A stretch of 64,000 nucleotides of DNA from Nitrospinales bacterium. Its GTDB lineage: Bacteria > Nitrospinota > Nitrospinia > Nitrospinales > VA-1. Shown here in pieces: positions 28,435-37,749 of the stretch. The notes below the pieces were generated by a model, which was not told the DNA's origin, made no database searches, and saw only the letters and a program-made list of their open reading frames with translations. A program made the position numbers and the translations under genes. Location: positions 3,040,001 through 3,104,000 of the forward strand of contig CBDCXL010000002.1 of assembly GCA_965223795.1 (NCBI GenBank), in the 5' to 3' direction. Position 1 is the stretch's first letter, and every line of letters starts with the position of its first letter.

Positions 28435-28864
28435 AAAACGTTTCCGCCTTTTCATCGGATGCCCTTTCGATGCGCACGCTGCCGCCGCTGGAATTGCCGC
28501 CCGGATAAAACCGGATGGAAAACAGGCCGTCCTCGATGCGGGGGCTTCCTTCCATCGTGTGCGCCATGCGCAGACCGGGATGGAGGCTCTTGTTCACCGA
28601 GGAACGGGTTTCGGTCTCGTCGGTGAGCCAGTAGTTTCCGGTCTCGGCGTCGGCGTTGAACGAAAACACGGTTTTGAGCGTCACCGCCTCGCTGCGTGCG
28701 TAGCGCAGGGTGGCGGCGATCTGCCGCACGCCGGACTGGAGCCGCATGTTCTCCAGTGTCGTCAGCGCGAACGGCGTCGCCAGCCCGGCGATGACGCCGA
28801 TCAGAACCAGCACCAGGACCAGCTCGATGAGCGTGAATCCCGCTGCGTTCCGATTCATTTTCAT
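28376..28864 (-). CDS. gspH: T2SS minor pseudopilin GspH
   Basis: GFTLIELVLVL, LRYARSEAV, IRFYPGGNSSGG. Confidence 0.85.
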   Translation of the reverse strand: MKMNRNAAGFTLIELVLVLVLIGVIAGLATPFALTTLENMRLQSGVRQIAATLRYARSEAVTLKTVFSFNADAETGNYWLTDETETRSSVNKSLHPGLRMAHTMEGSPRIEDGLFSIRFYPGGNSSGGSVRIERASDEKAETFYEIDIDPVTGSPRIRKGER

Positions 28865-29271
28865 TCAAAGTTTTTCCAGCTGACGATGTCCTGATTGTTG
28901 TCCTCGCCCCCTTCCGCGTTGTCCGCGCCCAGCGAGATCAGATCGTAGTCCCCGTGCTCACCGGGCGAGCGGTAGATGAATTCGTTGCCCCAGGGGTCCT
29001 TGGGGATGTCCTTTTTCAGATAGGCCTTGATGGCGTTCAGGCCTTCGTCGGAGCTGGGGTATTTGTGGTTTTCCAGCCGGTGCAGATCCAGCGCCTGGCC
29101 TAAAAGTTCGATCTGGGCCTGCGCCTCCTGCTGCATGGCCTTGTCCACGTGCCCGAAAAACTTGGGCACGACCAGGGCGGCCAGGAGCCCGATGATCATC
29201 ATGACCACCATCAGCTCGATGAGAGTGAACCCCCGTTCCGCCTGTCGATTGAGATGCGTGTTTGCGTTCAT
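28861..29271 (-). CDS. gspG: T2SS major pseudopilin GspG
   Basis: GFTLIELMVV, YPSSDEGL, PKDPWGN..YRSPGEHG, SLGAD. Confidence 0.95.
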   Translation of the reverse strand: MNANTHLNRQAERGFTLIELMVVMMIIGLLAALVVPKFFGHVDKAMQQEAQAQIELLGQALDLHRLENHKYPSSDEGLNAIKAYLKKDIPKDPWGNEFIYRSPGEHGDYDLISLGADNAEGGEDNNQDIVSWKNFE

Positions 29272-29300
29272 GGCTTCCGTTTGAAAAAGTGGGTGGAAAA

Positions 29301-30527
29301 TTAAAACGACACGTCGTTGATGCTGAAAATCGCCATCAGCATGGAGATGACGATGAATCCGATGATCGCCGCCATGATCAGGATCATGAACGGTTCGAGC
29401 AGCGTCAGGATCTGCTTGACCGCCTGCTCGACTTCGCGGTCGTAGGTCTTGGCCACTTTCTCCAGCATGGCGTCCAGCGAACCGGAGGTTTCGCCGACGG
29501 TGATCATGTGCACCGCCATGGCGGGGAACACGCCGGTTTCCTGCAGCGGGCCGGAAAGCCCCTTGCCGCCCTTGAGGCCCTTCTTCAGATGGTCCATCGC
29601 CGAGACGATGACCCGGTTGCCCAGAATCGAGCGCACGATCTGAAGCGCCGGCAGGACGGGCACGCCGCTTTTGAGCAGGGTGGCCAGCGTCAGGCTGAAG
29701 CGGGACACTTCGATCTTGCGCACCAGCGTGCCGAACAGGGGCAGCCGCAGTACGAGGGCGTCTAAGAGCAGGCGGCCGCGTTCGTTTTTAAGCAGTGCAA
29801 CCAGCCCCGCAGCCGCCGCAACGATGAGAAGCAGAACCGCCCACCAGTATTCGACGACCGCTCCGCTGACGCCGAGCATGATTTTGGTGGGCAGCGGCAA
29901 AGCCTGGCCCATCTCCTCGAACAGCTTGGAAAACTGCGGGATCACCACGGTCAGCAGCACGGCCACGGCGGCGCCGCCCACGAAAAACAGGATCGCGGGG
30001 TAGACCATGGCGGAGCGCATGTTGTTTTTCAGGTCCTCCAGTTTTTCCAGATAGTCGGCGAGCCGGGTGAGGGACGTGCTGAGCGTGCCGCCGGTTTCGC
30101 CGGCGCGCACCATGTTGATGTAGAGTTTGGAAAAGACTTTGGGATGCTCCTTGAGCGCCTCGGCGAAGGTGCTTCCCGAATGCACACGGTTCTGCACGTC
30201 CGCCAGCACCTCGCGGGTGCGGTCGTTTTCCGCCAGCTTCACCAGGCTGAACAGGCTCTGGTCGAGGGTCAGCCCCGAATCCACCAGCGTGGCGAGCTGG
30301 TGCGTGAGGGTCATCAGTTCCTTGTTGGCGATTCCATTGAACCAGCCGGAGTTCAGCTTGAGGTCGAAGGAGAAACGGTTTTTGCCGGATTTTCCCTCGG
30401 ATATCTGGATGGGAAAATAATTGAGACTCTGGATCGCCTTCACCGCTCTCTGGTAATCGGGCGCTTCCACGTCGCCTTCGACGCATTGCCCCTTGAGATC
30501 GGTGGCTTTGTAGAAATAAACGGTCAT
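29301..30527 (-). CDS. gspF: T2SS inner-membrane platform GspF
   Basis: QLATLVDSGL, MVRAGETGG, AMVYP, VGETSGSL, LLEP. Confidence 0.93.
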   Translation of the reverse strand: MTVYFYKATDLKGQCVEGDVEAPDYQRAVKAIQSLNYFPIQISEGKSGKNRFSFDLKLNSGWFNGIANKELMTLTHQLATLVDSGLTLDQSLFSLVKLAENDRTREVLADVQNRVHSGSTFAEALKEHPKVFSKLYINMVRAGETGGTLSTSLTRLADYLEKLEDLKNNMRSAMVYPAILFFVGGAAVAVLLTVVIPQFSKLFEEMGQALPLPTKIMLGVSGAVVEYWWAVLLLIVAAAAGLVALLKNERGRLLLDALVLRLPLFGTLVRKIEVSRFSLTLATLLKSGVPVLPALQIVRSILGNRVIVSAMDHLKKGLKGGKGLSGPLQETGVFPAMAVHMITVGETSGSLDAMLEKVAKTYDREVEQAVKQILTLLEPFMILIMAAIIGFIVISMLMAIFSINDVSF

Positions 30528-30546
30528 GCGTGTTTTTGTCTCCGTA

Positions 30547-32259
30547 TCAGGTGCGTTCGTTCAGGGTGACGCGCAGGATTTCGCCCACGGTGGTGATTCC
30601 CTTGAGTGCCTTGTTCCAGCCGTCCTCGCGCAGCGTGGTCATTCCCGTGCCGCGCGCTGCATCGCGGATGGCCTGGGCGCTGGCCTTTTGCAGAATGAGC
30701 CGGCGGATGGCGTCGTCCACGATGAGCAGCTCGTAGATGCCGGCGCGGCCGCGAAAGCCGGTGTGGCTGCAATGCTTGCAGCCTGTGCCCTCGTAAACCC
30801 TAACGCCCGGACGGGCGAAGTCTCCCATTTCCTCGAGCAGCGCCGGGCTGAGTTCGGCCGGGACCTTGCACTCCGGACAGATCACGCGCACCAGCCTTTG
30901 CGCCAGCACGCCGAGCAACGCCGAGGAGATGAGAAAATTCTCGATGCCCATGTCCAGGAGCCGTGTGATGGCGCCCGCGGCGTCGTTGGTGTGCACGGTG
31001 CTGAACACGAGATGGCCGGTGAGCGCCGCCTGGATGGCGATCTCCGCCGTTTCCGGATCGCGCACCTCGCCGATCATGATCACGTCCGGGTCCTGGCGCA
31101 CGATGGAGCGCAGGCCGCTGGCGAAGGTGAGGCCGATCTGCGGCTTGACGTGGATCTGGTTGATGCCGCGCATCTGGTATTCGACCGGGTCCTCGACGGT
31201 GATGATTTTCTTGTCCGGCGTGTTGATCGCGTCGAGCGCGGCGTACAGCGTGGTGGTCTTGCCGCTGCCGGTCGGGCCGGTGACGAGCAGCTTGCCGTAG
31301 GGTTTGCGGATCAGCGCCTTGAGCTGATCGAGCTGGGTTTCCGGAAAACCCAGGTGATCGAGATCCACCTTCAGGTTGCCGCGGTCGAGCACGCGCATGA
31401 CGACGCTCTCGCCGTGCAGGGTGGGTAACGTGGAAACGCGCAGATCGACGTCCTTGCCGAGGACTTTCATCTTGATGCGGCCGTCCTGCGGCAGCCGACG
31501 CTCGGAGATGTCGAGCTTGGCCATGATCTTGATGCGGGTGCCGATGGCGGAATGCAGCTTTTTCGGCGGCGATTCGAATTCGTGCAGGATGCCGTCGATG
31601 CGGTAGCGCAGGATCAGATCGTCGGCGAACGGTTCGAGGTGGATGTCGCTCGCGCGCATCTCGATGGCCTGGGTGAGGATGTGGTTGACCAGCTTGATGA
31701 CCGGCGCTTCCGAGGCCATGTCGCGGATGTGTTCGGTGCTGTCCGGGTCCGTCCCGCCGTCCTGGATGTCCTCGTCCTGTATCTTTCCCACCATGCGCGC
31801 CATCGCCGAGCCGCCTTCGCCGTAGTGCATTTCGATGTTCTGCACGATGTCCTCTTCGCTGGCGAGGACGATGTGGATCTTGCGGCCCAGCGTCACGGTC
31901 AGGTTTTCCAGCGTGGCGCGGTCGAAGGGATCGAACACGGCGACTGTGAGAGCGCTGGCATTCAGTTCCAGGGGCAGGAGGATCTTTTCACGCAGAAAGG
32001 TTTCCGGGATGCTGAGGCCGCTCACGGGCAGCGGGTAGCGGGCGAAATCCTCGCCTTTGAGAATGGGCAGGCTCAACTCGGCGCTCAGGGTTTCCAGCAG
32101 CGTCTGCACGTGGATGTAGCCGTGGTCGGCCAGGGTCTTGCCCAGGTATTTGCCGGTGGACACGCAGGTTTCCTTCGCTTCCTTGAGCGCCTTTTCGGAG
32201 ATCTTGCCGTGGCGCAACAGGATGCGCTCCACCGGATCTGTTTTCTTAAGCTTCGACAT
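30547..32259 (-). CDS. gspE: T2SS ATPase GspE
   Basis: ASDIHLEP, RLPQDG, GPTGSGKTTT, EDPVEY, RQDPD, TGHLVFSTVHTN, CPEC/CKHC. Confidence 0.95.
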   Translation of the reverse strand: MSKLKKTDPVERILLRHGKISEKALKEAKETCVSTGKYLGKTLADHGYIHVQTLLETLSAELSLPILKGEDFARYPLPVSGLSIPETFLREKILLPLELNASALTVAVFDPFDRATLENLTVTLGRKIHIVLASEEDIVQNIEMHYGEGGSAMARMVGKIQDEDIQDGGTDPDSTEHIRDMASEAPVIKLVNHILTQAIEMRASDIHLEPFADDLILRYRIDGILHEFESPPKKLHSAIGTRIKIMAKLDISERRLPQDGRIKMKVLGKDVDLRVSTLPTLHGESVVMRVLDRGNLKVDLDHLGFPETQLDQLKALIRKPYGKLLVTGPTGSGKTTTLYAALDAINTPDKKIITVEDPVEYQMRGINQIHVKPQIGLTFASGLRSIVRQDPDVIMIGEVRDPETAEIAIQAALTGHLVFSTVHTNDAAGAITRLLDMGIENFLISSALLGVLAQRLVRVICPECKVPAELSPALLEEMGDFARPGVRVYEGTGCKHCSHTGFRGRAGIYELLIVDDAIRRLILQKASAQAIRDAARGTGMTTLREDGWNKALKGITTVGEILRVTLNERT

Positions 32260-32286
32260 GGTTCTCAAATTCGCTCTGCATGTTCC

Positions 32287-33066
32287 TCATCGTCCCGATA
32301 TGCGCGGCCGCGGGATGCCCACGGGGATCGGCTGTTCGCTGTTGGCCGGCATCGGCGCTCCGGAGATACGGATCGAACGCGGCGCCGGGATGCGCCGGGC
32401 CTGCTGCGTTTTGACCGGCTTAGGCGCTGGTTGTTTCCGGAGCTTTTTTTCCGGGATGAGCGCCCGCGGATTGAAGGATTCGCTTTTCTGGGTGAACGCG
32501 TTGCCGTTCCGCTCGATGGGGGTGCGGCCTTTTTTCGCCAGCTTGAGGCGCAGCGTCGCGCCGCGTTTATTGTCGAGCACCGCTTCGGTTTTATCGATGC
32601 GGGCGATCTGGTATTCGCCTATTTGGGCGCCGATCGGGTAGCCCCTCCGCTTGACTGGTTTTTTCGCGACGGTGCGGTCGCCCTTGAGCACGCTCATGCT
32701 GCCTTCGAGAAAAGCCAGCGGCTTGCCGGGCAGCAGCATCACGCCGGTGAGCCTGAGATCGGGCGGCGGCACCTGCGGCGCGGGCGGAGCGACGGGCGAT
32801 GCGGGACGCGGCGGCGGAGGCGGGGGGACGTAGTCGCGCCGGTCCTTGCGGAACAGGTTGGACTGCACGACGGCCTGGATGACGGCCGCATTGTACGGAT
32901 GGTTGCGCACCGGGAGGGCCTGCGGCTGTGCGGGCGCGTCCAGAACGGAACCGGCGGTGATTTCGCGTGGGTATTTGGGATGCGTCCAGGTGCGGACGGC
33001 GAAAAACAGCAACACTCCGATGACTCCCAATAGAACACAGTTGATCGTGGTGGCGATCTTGCGCAC
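32287..33066 (-). CDS. Probable GspC-like protein (TM + Pro-rich linker + HR domain, no PDZ)
   Basis: N-terminal TM, NLF motif, poly-Pro, LRLTGV...AFL; first gene of gsp operon; GTG start inferred. Confidence 0.6.
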   Translation of the reverse strand: MRKIATTINCVLLGVIGVLLFFAVRTWTHPKYPREITAGSVLDAPAQPQALPVRNHPYNAAVIQAVVQSNLFRKDRRDYVPPPPPPRPASPVAPPAPQVPPPDLRLTGVMLLPGKPLAFLEGSMSVLKGDRTVAKKPVKRRGYPIGAQIGEYQIARIDKTEAVLDNKRGATLRLKLAKKGRTPIERNGNAFTQKSESFNPRALIPEKKLRKQPAPKPVKTQQARRIPAPRSIRISGAPMPANSEQPIPVGIPRPRISGR

Positions 33067-33366
33067 GCAACGTCCCCGCTTTGAGATTAAAACAATGATA
33101 TGATGGCTGTTTCCGTCCAGTGTGTGAAAGCGGGCGCGCAAAACGGTGTGTGCGGGCACAGCTTCACACCCTTTTGTCTCGGAAGTTCGGAGGAAAAACT
33201 TTACTTTATTTTCAAGGGGATGCGAGGAGATTGCGGGATTGAAAACGGGAAAATATTTCCGCTTTTGTTGCCCGAACAGGAAAAAATGTTTTCTTGAAAT
33301 TCAGAATGTTATTAATTAAATTTTCTTTGTTTAAATTTAAGTGAAATTAATTTTCGGGAGGCGGTT

Positions 33367-33729
33367 GTGAGCGAGCAGCAGTTGCTGGTGGAAGTGAAAA
33401 AACAGGTGCCGTTTCGTGTGTACGGCAAGGGGCCGGTGCTGGATCTTTTGCGAGAGATGGGGCATTTCGTGAATAAAAAAACGCCGCTCACGGTGACGGA
33501 CGCGTTCCGTTCGGACGAATCGGGAGAGATCGTGTGCGAGTTGTCGCTGGAAGGCGGCGGCAGCTGCACGGCGGCGATCACCAATCTGAAACTCGATATC
33601 ACGCACCCGCTTTACCGCAGGGTGAAAAACTACCGCGCCGAGGTGGTGGATGAGTTGCAGCAGCAGGAAGCGCCGGATGTGAACAAGGCTTCGTTCCGGG
33701 TGGGCGATTTGTATAAGAAGAATAAATGA
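33367..33729 (+). CDS. Hypothetical protein
   Basis: GGAGG RBS before GTG; genome-like codon usage. Confidence 0.7.
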   Translation: MSEQQLLVEVKKQVPFRVYGKGPVLDLLREMGHFVNKKTPLTVTDAFRSDESGEIVCELSLEGGGSCTAAITNLKLDITHPLYRRVKNYRAEVVDELQQQEAPDVNKASFRVGDLYKKNK

Positions 33730-33734
33730 GAATA

Positions 33735-34391
33735 TTAAGCATCAGAATAGAATTTAAATTTGAATCCGTATTCTGTCGCAAACCATTCTGCGAAGCCCTC
33801 ATGTTTTTTTAGATTTTTTGAGAAATGCTTGTCCACATGGTGGCCAATCTCGTGCACAAACACATCTCTTAAATAAAACATTTTGAGACTTTCCTCTGTG
33901 AATTCGATGATCACTCCTTGTTTGTCTGCTTTATGGATCTTCGCTCCCACTCGTTTGTAATCATTCAATATATGTGGGGCGGGAGTGGGCTTAAATTGAA
34001 TTTTCAAATGATCTTTGAGGAATGGGTGGATGAAGATGCAATCTTTCCAGTAGCAACCGTAACAAAATAATCTGCCATAAAATGTTTTTTCCTGTTTTTT
34101 GGAACCGCCAAGCAAAATAATACCCTCCAGACCAGAGGTGAACTCTTTTGGTATTTTGGCATATTGAGTTTTCAAATCGGCAACGGTCACGGGCATAAAA
34201 AAACGGGGGTGGAGGTCTTCTTGAAAGTATTTGGGGCAGCTTCCTGAATCTTCTAGTTCTTCCCAATGTTTCCAGTAGAACTTCGCAACCGCACTTCCTG
34301 CGGGATCAAAGGGGGCCCAATTCGACATTTTCGATTCACTGTACATATTGGAACGCGTGCCTTTGCTGGTAGCGGATTGTTTTTTTCGCAT
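33735..34391 (-). CDS. AT-rich hypothetical protein with HExxH motif (putative zinc metallopeptidase)
   Basis: VFVHEIGHHVD...HEGFAE; start uncertain (34391, 34346 or 34328). Confidence 0.65.
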   Translation of the reverse strand: MRKKQSATSKGTRSNMYSESKMSNWAPFDPAGSAVAKFYWKHWEELEDSGSCPKYFQEDLHPRFFMPVTVADLKTQYAKIPKEFTSGLEGIILLGGSKKQEKTFYGRLFCYGCYWKDCIFIHPFLKDHLKIQFKPTPAPHILNDYKRVGAKIHKADKQGVIIEFTEESLKMFYLRDVFVHEIGHHVDKHFSKNLKKHEGFAEWFATEYGFKFKFYSDA

Positions 34392-34476
34392 GATTGTAAA
34401 CCGGGAAAGGGGTGATCGGCTGGAGGTTGCCCTCTGTCAAGCGGAAGGGGCTTTCGAGGCTTTTATCCGAAGAAAT

Positions 34477-35826
34477 TCAATTTTTTGCCTTCTCGGAGTT
34501 GATGAACTTTTTGAGGAAGGGGAACATGGCGCCGCGTTTGGTGATCATCTCCTCACGCGATTTTTTCACCACGTCCTCGTCGATCAGCGCGATGCCGCGT
34601 TCCTGGGCGAAGCGCTCGATGCCTTTCACCACCATGCCGCGCGCGAACGAAGGAATGCGCTCCAGCCGCTGCTTGGCTTCGGGGGTCCACTGGGTGTGGA
34701 ACTCGACTTCCAGGCCGAGGGTGTCCTCGATCTTGAGGGTGATCTCCTTGCCGCCGAATTTTCCAGGCTCGTAGTCGCAGGAGGTGTCCGGGGCCATGTA
34801 GTTGCCGGTCTCGGCGAACGCGCGCGCCCGGCAGCCGGAGCACATGGCGGAAAACTCGCAGGTGCCACATTTGCCTTCCAGGTTCTTGCGGTCGCGCAGC
34901 TGCCGCATGAGCGGCGCGTTTTCCCACAGGTCCTTGAAGGTGTTGGTTTTCAGGCTGCCCACCGATTCCTCGATGAACGGGCAGGGCGTCAGGTTGCCTT
35001 CGGGCGAGATGCGGCTGTAATGGGTCGCCGCCGGGCAGCCGCCGGAGTAGGTGCGGGTGTACACGGAGTCCGGATCGTTCTCGTACACGACGCGCTTGTA
35101 CTGGGGCGCGCACTTGGAGTTGATCATCAGCCGGCCCTTGTACTTCATCTGCTGATCGTAAAGGATCTTGAGCGCCTGCTCGTAGGCGTCGTTGGAGATG
35201 TCGGTGTTGCCCTGGCCGCGGCCGGTGCACACCAGGAAGTACAGGTTGAACGCCACCGCGCCGATCTTCTCGGCGAAGGCGACCACGTCCGGAATCTCCT
35301 GGTAGTTCATGTCGGAGACGGACATCTGAATGAGAAAGTCGATCCCCACCTCGTTCATGACGTTGAACGCTTCCATGGAGCGTTCCCAGGCCTGATCGAC
35401 GCCGCGGAACTTGTTGTGCTTGAGCGGTTCCATCGAGTCGATGCTGATGCCCACGCCGTGCGCGCCGGCGTTTTTGATCTTGATGGCGTTTTCCCGGTTG
35501 ATGAGGGTGCCGTTGGTGCCGAGCACCACCATGAATTTCCTGTCCGCCGCGTAGCGGATGATCTCGTAGATGTCCGGCCGCAAAAGCGGCTCGCCGCCGG
35601 TGAGGATGAGAAAGGCATTGGGGTTCACTTCGGCGATCTGGTCGATGACGTTGAAACACTGCTCAGTGTTCAGCTCGTCGGTGCGGAACCCGCCGCGGAA
35701 ATCCGCGTCCAGATAGCAGTGGTCACAATTGAGGTTGCACCTCTTGGTGAGATTCCAGGAGATGGAATAAGCCCGGAAATCCATTTTCTCGGGGCTGATT
35801 TCAAAGGTGCCGGAATTGGGTTCCAT
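34477..35826 (-). CDS. Radical SAM/SPASM enzyme (NirJ/AhbC/AhbD-like) with C-terminal PCP_red-like domain
   Basis: CNLNCDHC, LTGGEPLLR, GCPAA..PCP, KCGTCEF..CSGCRARA; tail WTPEAKQRLERIPSFARG. Confidence 0.85.
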   Translation of the reverse strand: MEPNSGTFEISPEKMDFRAYSISWNLTKRCNLNCDHCYLDADFRGGFRTDELNTEQCFNVIDQIAEVNPNAFLILTGGEPLLRPDIYEIIRYAADRKFMVVLGTNGTLINRENAIKIKNAGAHGVGISIDSMEPLKHNKFRGVDQAWERSMEAFNVMNEVGIDFLIQMSVSDMNYQEIPDVVAFAEKIGAVAFNLYFLVCTGRGQGNTDISNDAYEQALKILYDQQMKYKGRLMINSKCAPQYKRVVYENDPDSVYTRTYSGGCPAATHYSRISPEGNLTPCPFIEESVGSLKTNTFKDLWENAPLMRQLRDRKNLEGKCGTCEFSAMCSGCRARAFAETGNYMAPDTSCDYEPGKFGGKEITLKIEDTLGLEVEFHTQWTPEAKQRLERIPSFARGMVVKGIERFAQERGIALIDEDVVKKSREEMITKRGAMFPFLKKFINSEKAKN

Positions 35827-35953
35827 GATCGCTTTCAGCTTTCTGTTTGAAAATGCCGTTCTCCCGCTTTCCGGCCGGTTGAAAGGGGCGGAAAGGCAGG
35901 AATTTAAAAGGCGTATTTGACCTGTGACGTTTTATCATATAGGGTTTTTTATT

Positions 35954-36775
35954 ATGAAACAATTATTTTGCGGCAGATGGGCGGCGGCGGTCCTGATTCT
36001 GGGCCTTCTCGTTCTGGCGGCGCAGGCGGCGGGCGGCCACGGCATGGATTCCGGGCCCCGAATCTATTGGATTATCGGGCCGGGGGAGACGGACCCGCCG
36101 CCCCGAACGCTGGAATCGCTGGAGGCTTTCGGGGCGGAGATCGTGGGCAGCGCGTATTTCGACAGGGCGCTGGATTACAAGGGAACGCAGTTTCGCGCCA
36201 TCTCCTTCGCCGATCTCATCGACCGGTTCGACCCGCTGGGGCGGACGACGGCGGTGCTGCTCAACTGTTTCGACGATTACCAGGGCATCCTGTCGATCGA
36301 GGACATCGGCCGCTACGATCTCAGGCTCGCCACGCGCATCGAGGTGCTGCCGGAATACGAAAAACCGGACTGGCTGCATCCGCTTCTGGTGCTGGTGCCC
36401 GACGGCAGCGACGCGCCGTTTCAGGAACGGTTTCTCACCGCCAACATCCGCGAGCTGGTGTTCGTGGATCTGGATGCATATTACGCGCCGCTGCGCGCGG
36501 CGGCTGGCACGGATGAAAACGCGCTCGCGGGCTACGCGGCGTTTGTGGACAACTGCCTGTTCTGCCATTCGCTGGAAGGGGTGGGGGGCAACAAGGGGAT
36601 TCCCTTGCTCGAGAACTACGATTTTTCATCGGCTGCTGCGAAGGAGCGGTTCAAGGCGGATTTTTACGGCTTTCACCACGCGGACAATCCGGATAAGCAG
36701 AACGTCGAGCAGTTCGTGACGCCGGAGCTGCTGGAAAACATCGCCGGCTTTCTGGCAAGGGTCGGCGGGCGCTGA
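35954..36775 (+). CDS. Exported protein with C-terminal c-type heme motif
   Basis: Signal peptide; NCFDDY in N-terminal domain; CLFCH near C-terminus. Confidence 0.7.
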   Translation: MKQLFCGRWAAAVLILGLLVLAAQAAGGHGMDSGPRIYWIIGPGETDPPPRTLESLEAFGAEIVGSAYFDRALDYKGTQFRAISFADLIDRFDPLGRTTAVLLNCFDDYQGILSIEDIGRYDLRLATRIEVLPEYEKPDWLHPLLVLVPDGSDAPFQERFLTANIRELVFVDLDAYYAPLRAAAGTDENALAGYAAFVDNCLFCHSLEGVGGNKGIPLLENYDFSSAAAKERFKADFYGFHHADNPDKQNVEQFVTPELLENIAGFLARVGGR

Positions 36776-36781
36776 GCGGGT

Positions 36782-36997
36782 TCAGGAAGTTTTGACCTTA
36801 GGCTGCTGTCTGAGATCCATGACCTCGCGGATGGTCTCGTACAGGCGGTCCTGAAATTTTCTGCCGTCGTGGTCCTTGGCCACGAATCCGTCCGCGCCGC
36901 TGCGCTTGGCGTATTCTTTCGCCAGCGTGTTGTTGATGGCGGTCGCCATGATGATCCATCGGGCGCGATCCGCCGGGTTCTCTTTGTCAGGTTGCAA
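36782..36997 (-). pseudogene. C-terminal remnant of a response-regulator receiver domain
   Basis: WIIMAT...AKRSGADGFVAK resembles beta4-alpha4-beta5; no N-terminal acidic pocket or phospho-Asp. Confidence 0.45.
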
Positions 36998-37314
36998 GCC
37001 TCCTGCCGAAATGGTTGTTTCCCTTAATGAAAGCCGGATTATAAAGGGGCGGCCCGGATTTCCGCGCGGGACAAGACCCGCAGACCGCATCGCGGTTTTG
37101 CGGGCGGGTTCGCCTGAAGAGGGGCGATGCCGGACGCCGGGATATTGTCCGGAAGCGGTGACAGGCGGACGCCGGCTTTGTGCGGGTTTTGTGCCTCATG
37201 TTTTCAATTGACAGCGACCTCAAGCGTGCTATTTTGATAGTTTCAACCAAGCGCCGTCATCGGGTTCCCCATGCCGAAATGGAAACGGAGCCCTTTGCTT
37301 AAGAGGACGATTCC

Positions 37315-37710
37315 GTGAATCTGACGATTTCGCTTTTCTTCGCCCTGGGCACCGCCCTGGAGCTGTTCGGTCTTAAGGTCGTGAGCGATGCCATCAGCAT
37401 CGTCAACACCCTCAACCTGATCATGCTCAGCTTTCTGATTGGCGTGGTGGTCGGGCGGAGCTGGGGCAAGCACTATTTCGAAAAAATGCAATGGCACCTG
37501 AAATCCCGCACTCTGCCCAACGATGAGGTGTTGAACGGCACGGTGATGACCATCGCCAGCATGCTGCTGATCACGCCCGGCGTGGTGACGGACTTTCTGG
37601 GACTGCTGATCCTGATTCCGTTCACGCGCGGTATTTTCAAGGAAATCACGCTGGATCTGGTGAAAAAGAAGATCTCGCGGGGAGAGCTGTTCTTTTTCTT
37701 CCGAAACTGA
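37315..37710 (+). CDS. fxsA: FxsA family membrane protein
   Basis: LLITPGVVTDFLGLLILIPFTR signature; GAGGA RBS, GTG start. Confidence 0.85.
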   Translation: MNLTISLFFALGTALELFGLKVVSDAISIVNTLNLIMLSFLIGVVVGRSWGKHYFEKMQWHLKSRTLPNDEVLNGTVMTIASMLLITPGVVTDFLGLLILIPFTRGIFKEITLDLVKKKISRGELFFFFRN

Positions 37711-37749
37711 GGGTCCCGCCTTTCGTTTCCGCCGGGCCGGAAATTCCGC

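Noticed and set aside
37260..37292. RNA thermometer in the fxsA leader (GGGTTCC..GGAGCCC hairpin)
   Set aside because: The hairpin does not cover the RBS; insufficient evidence
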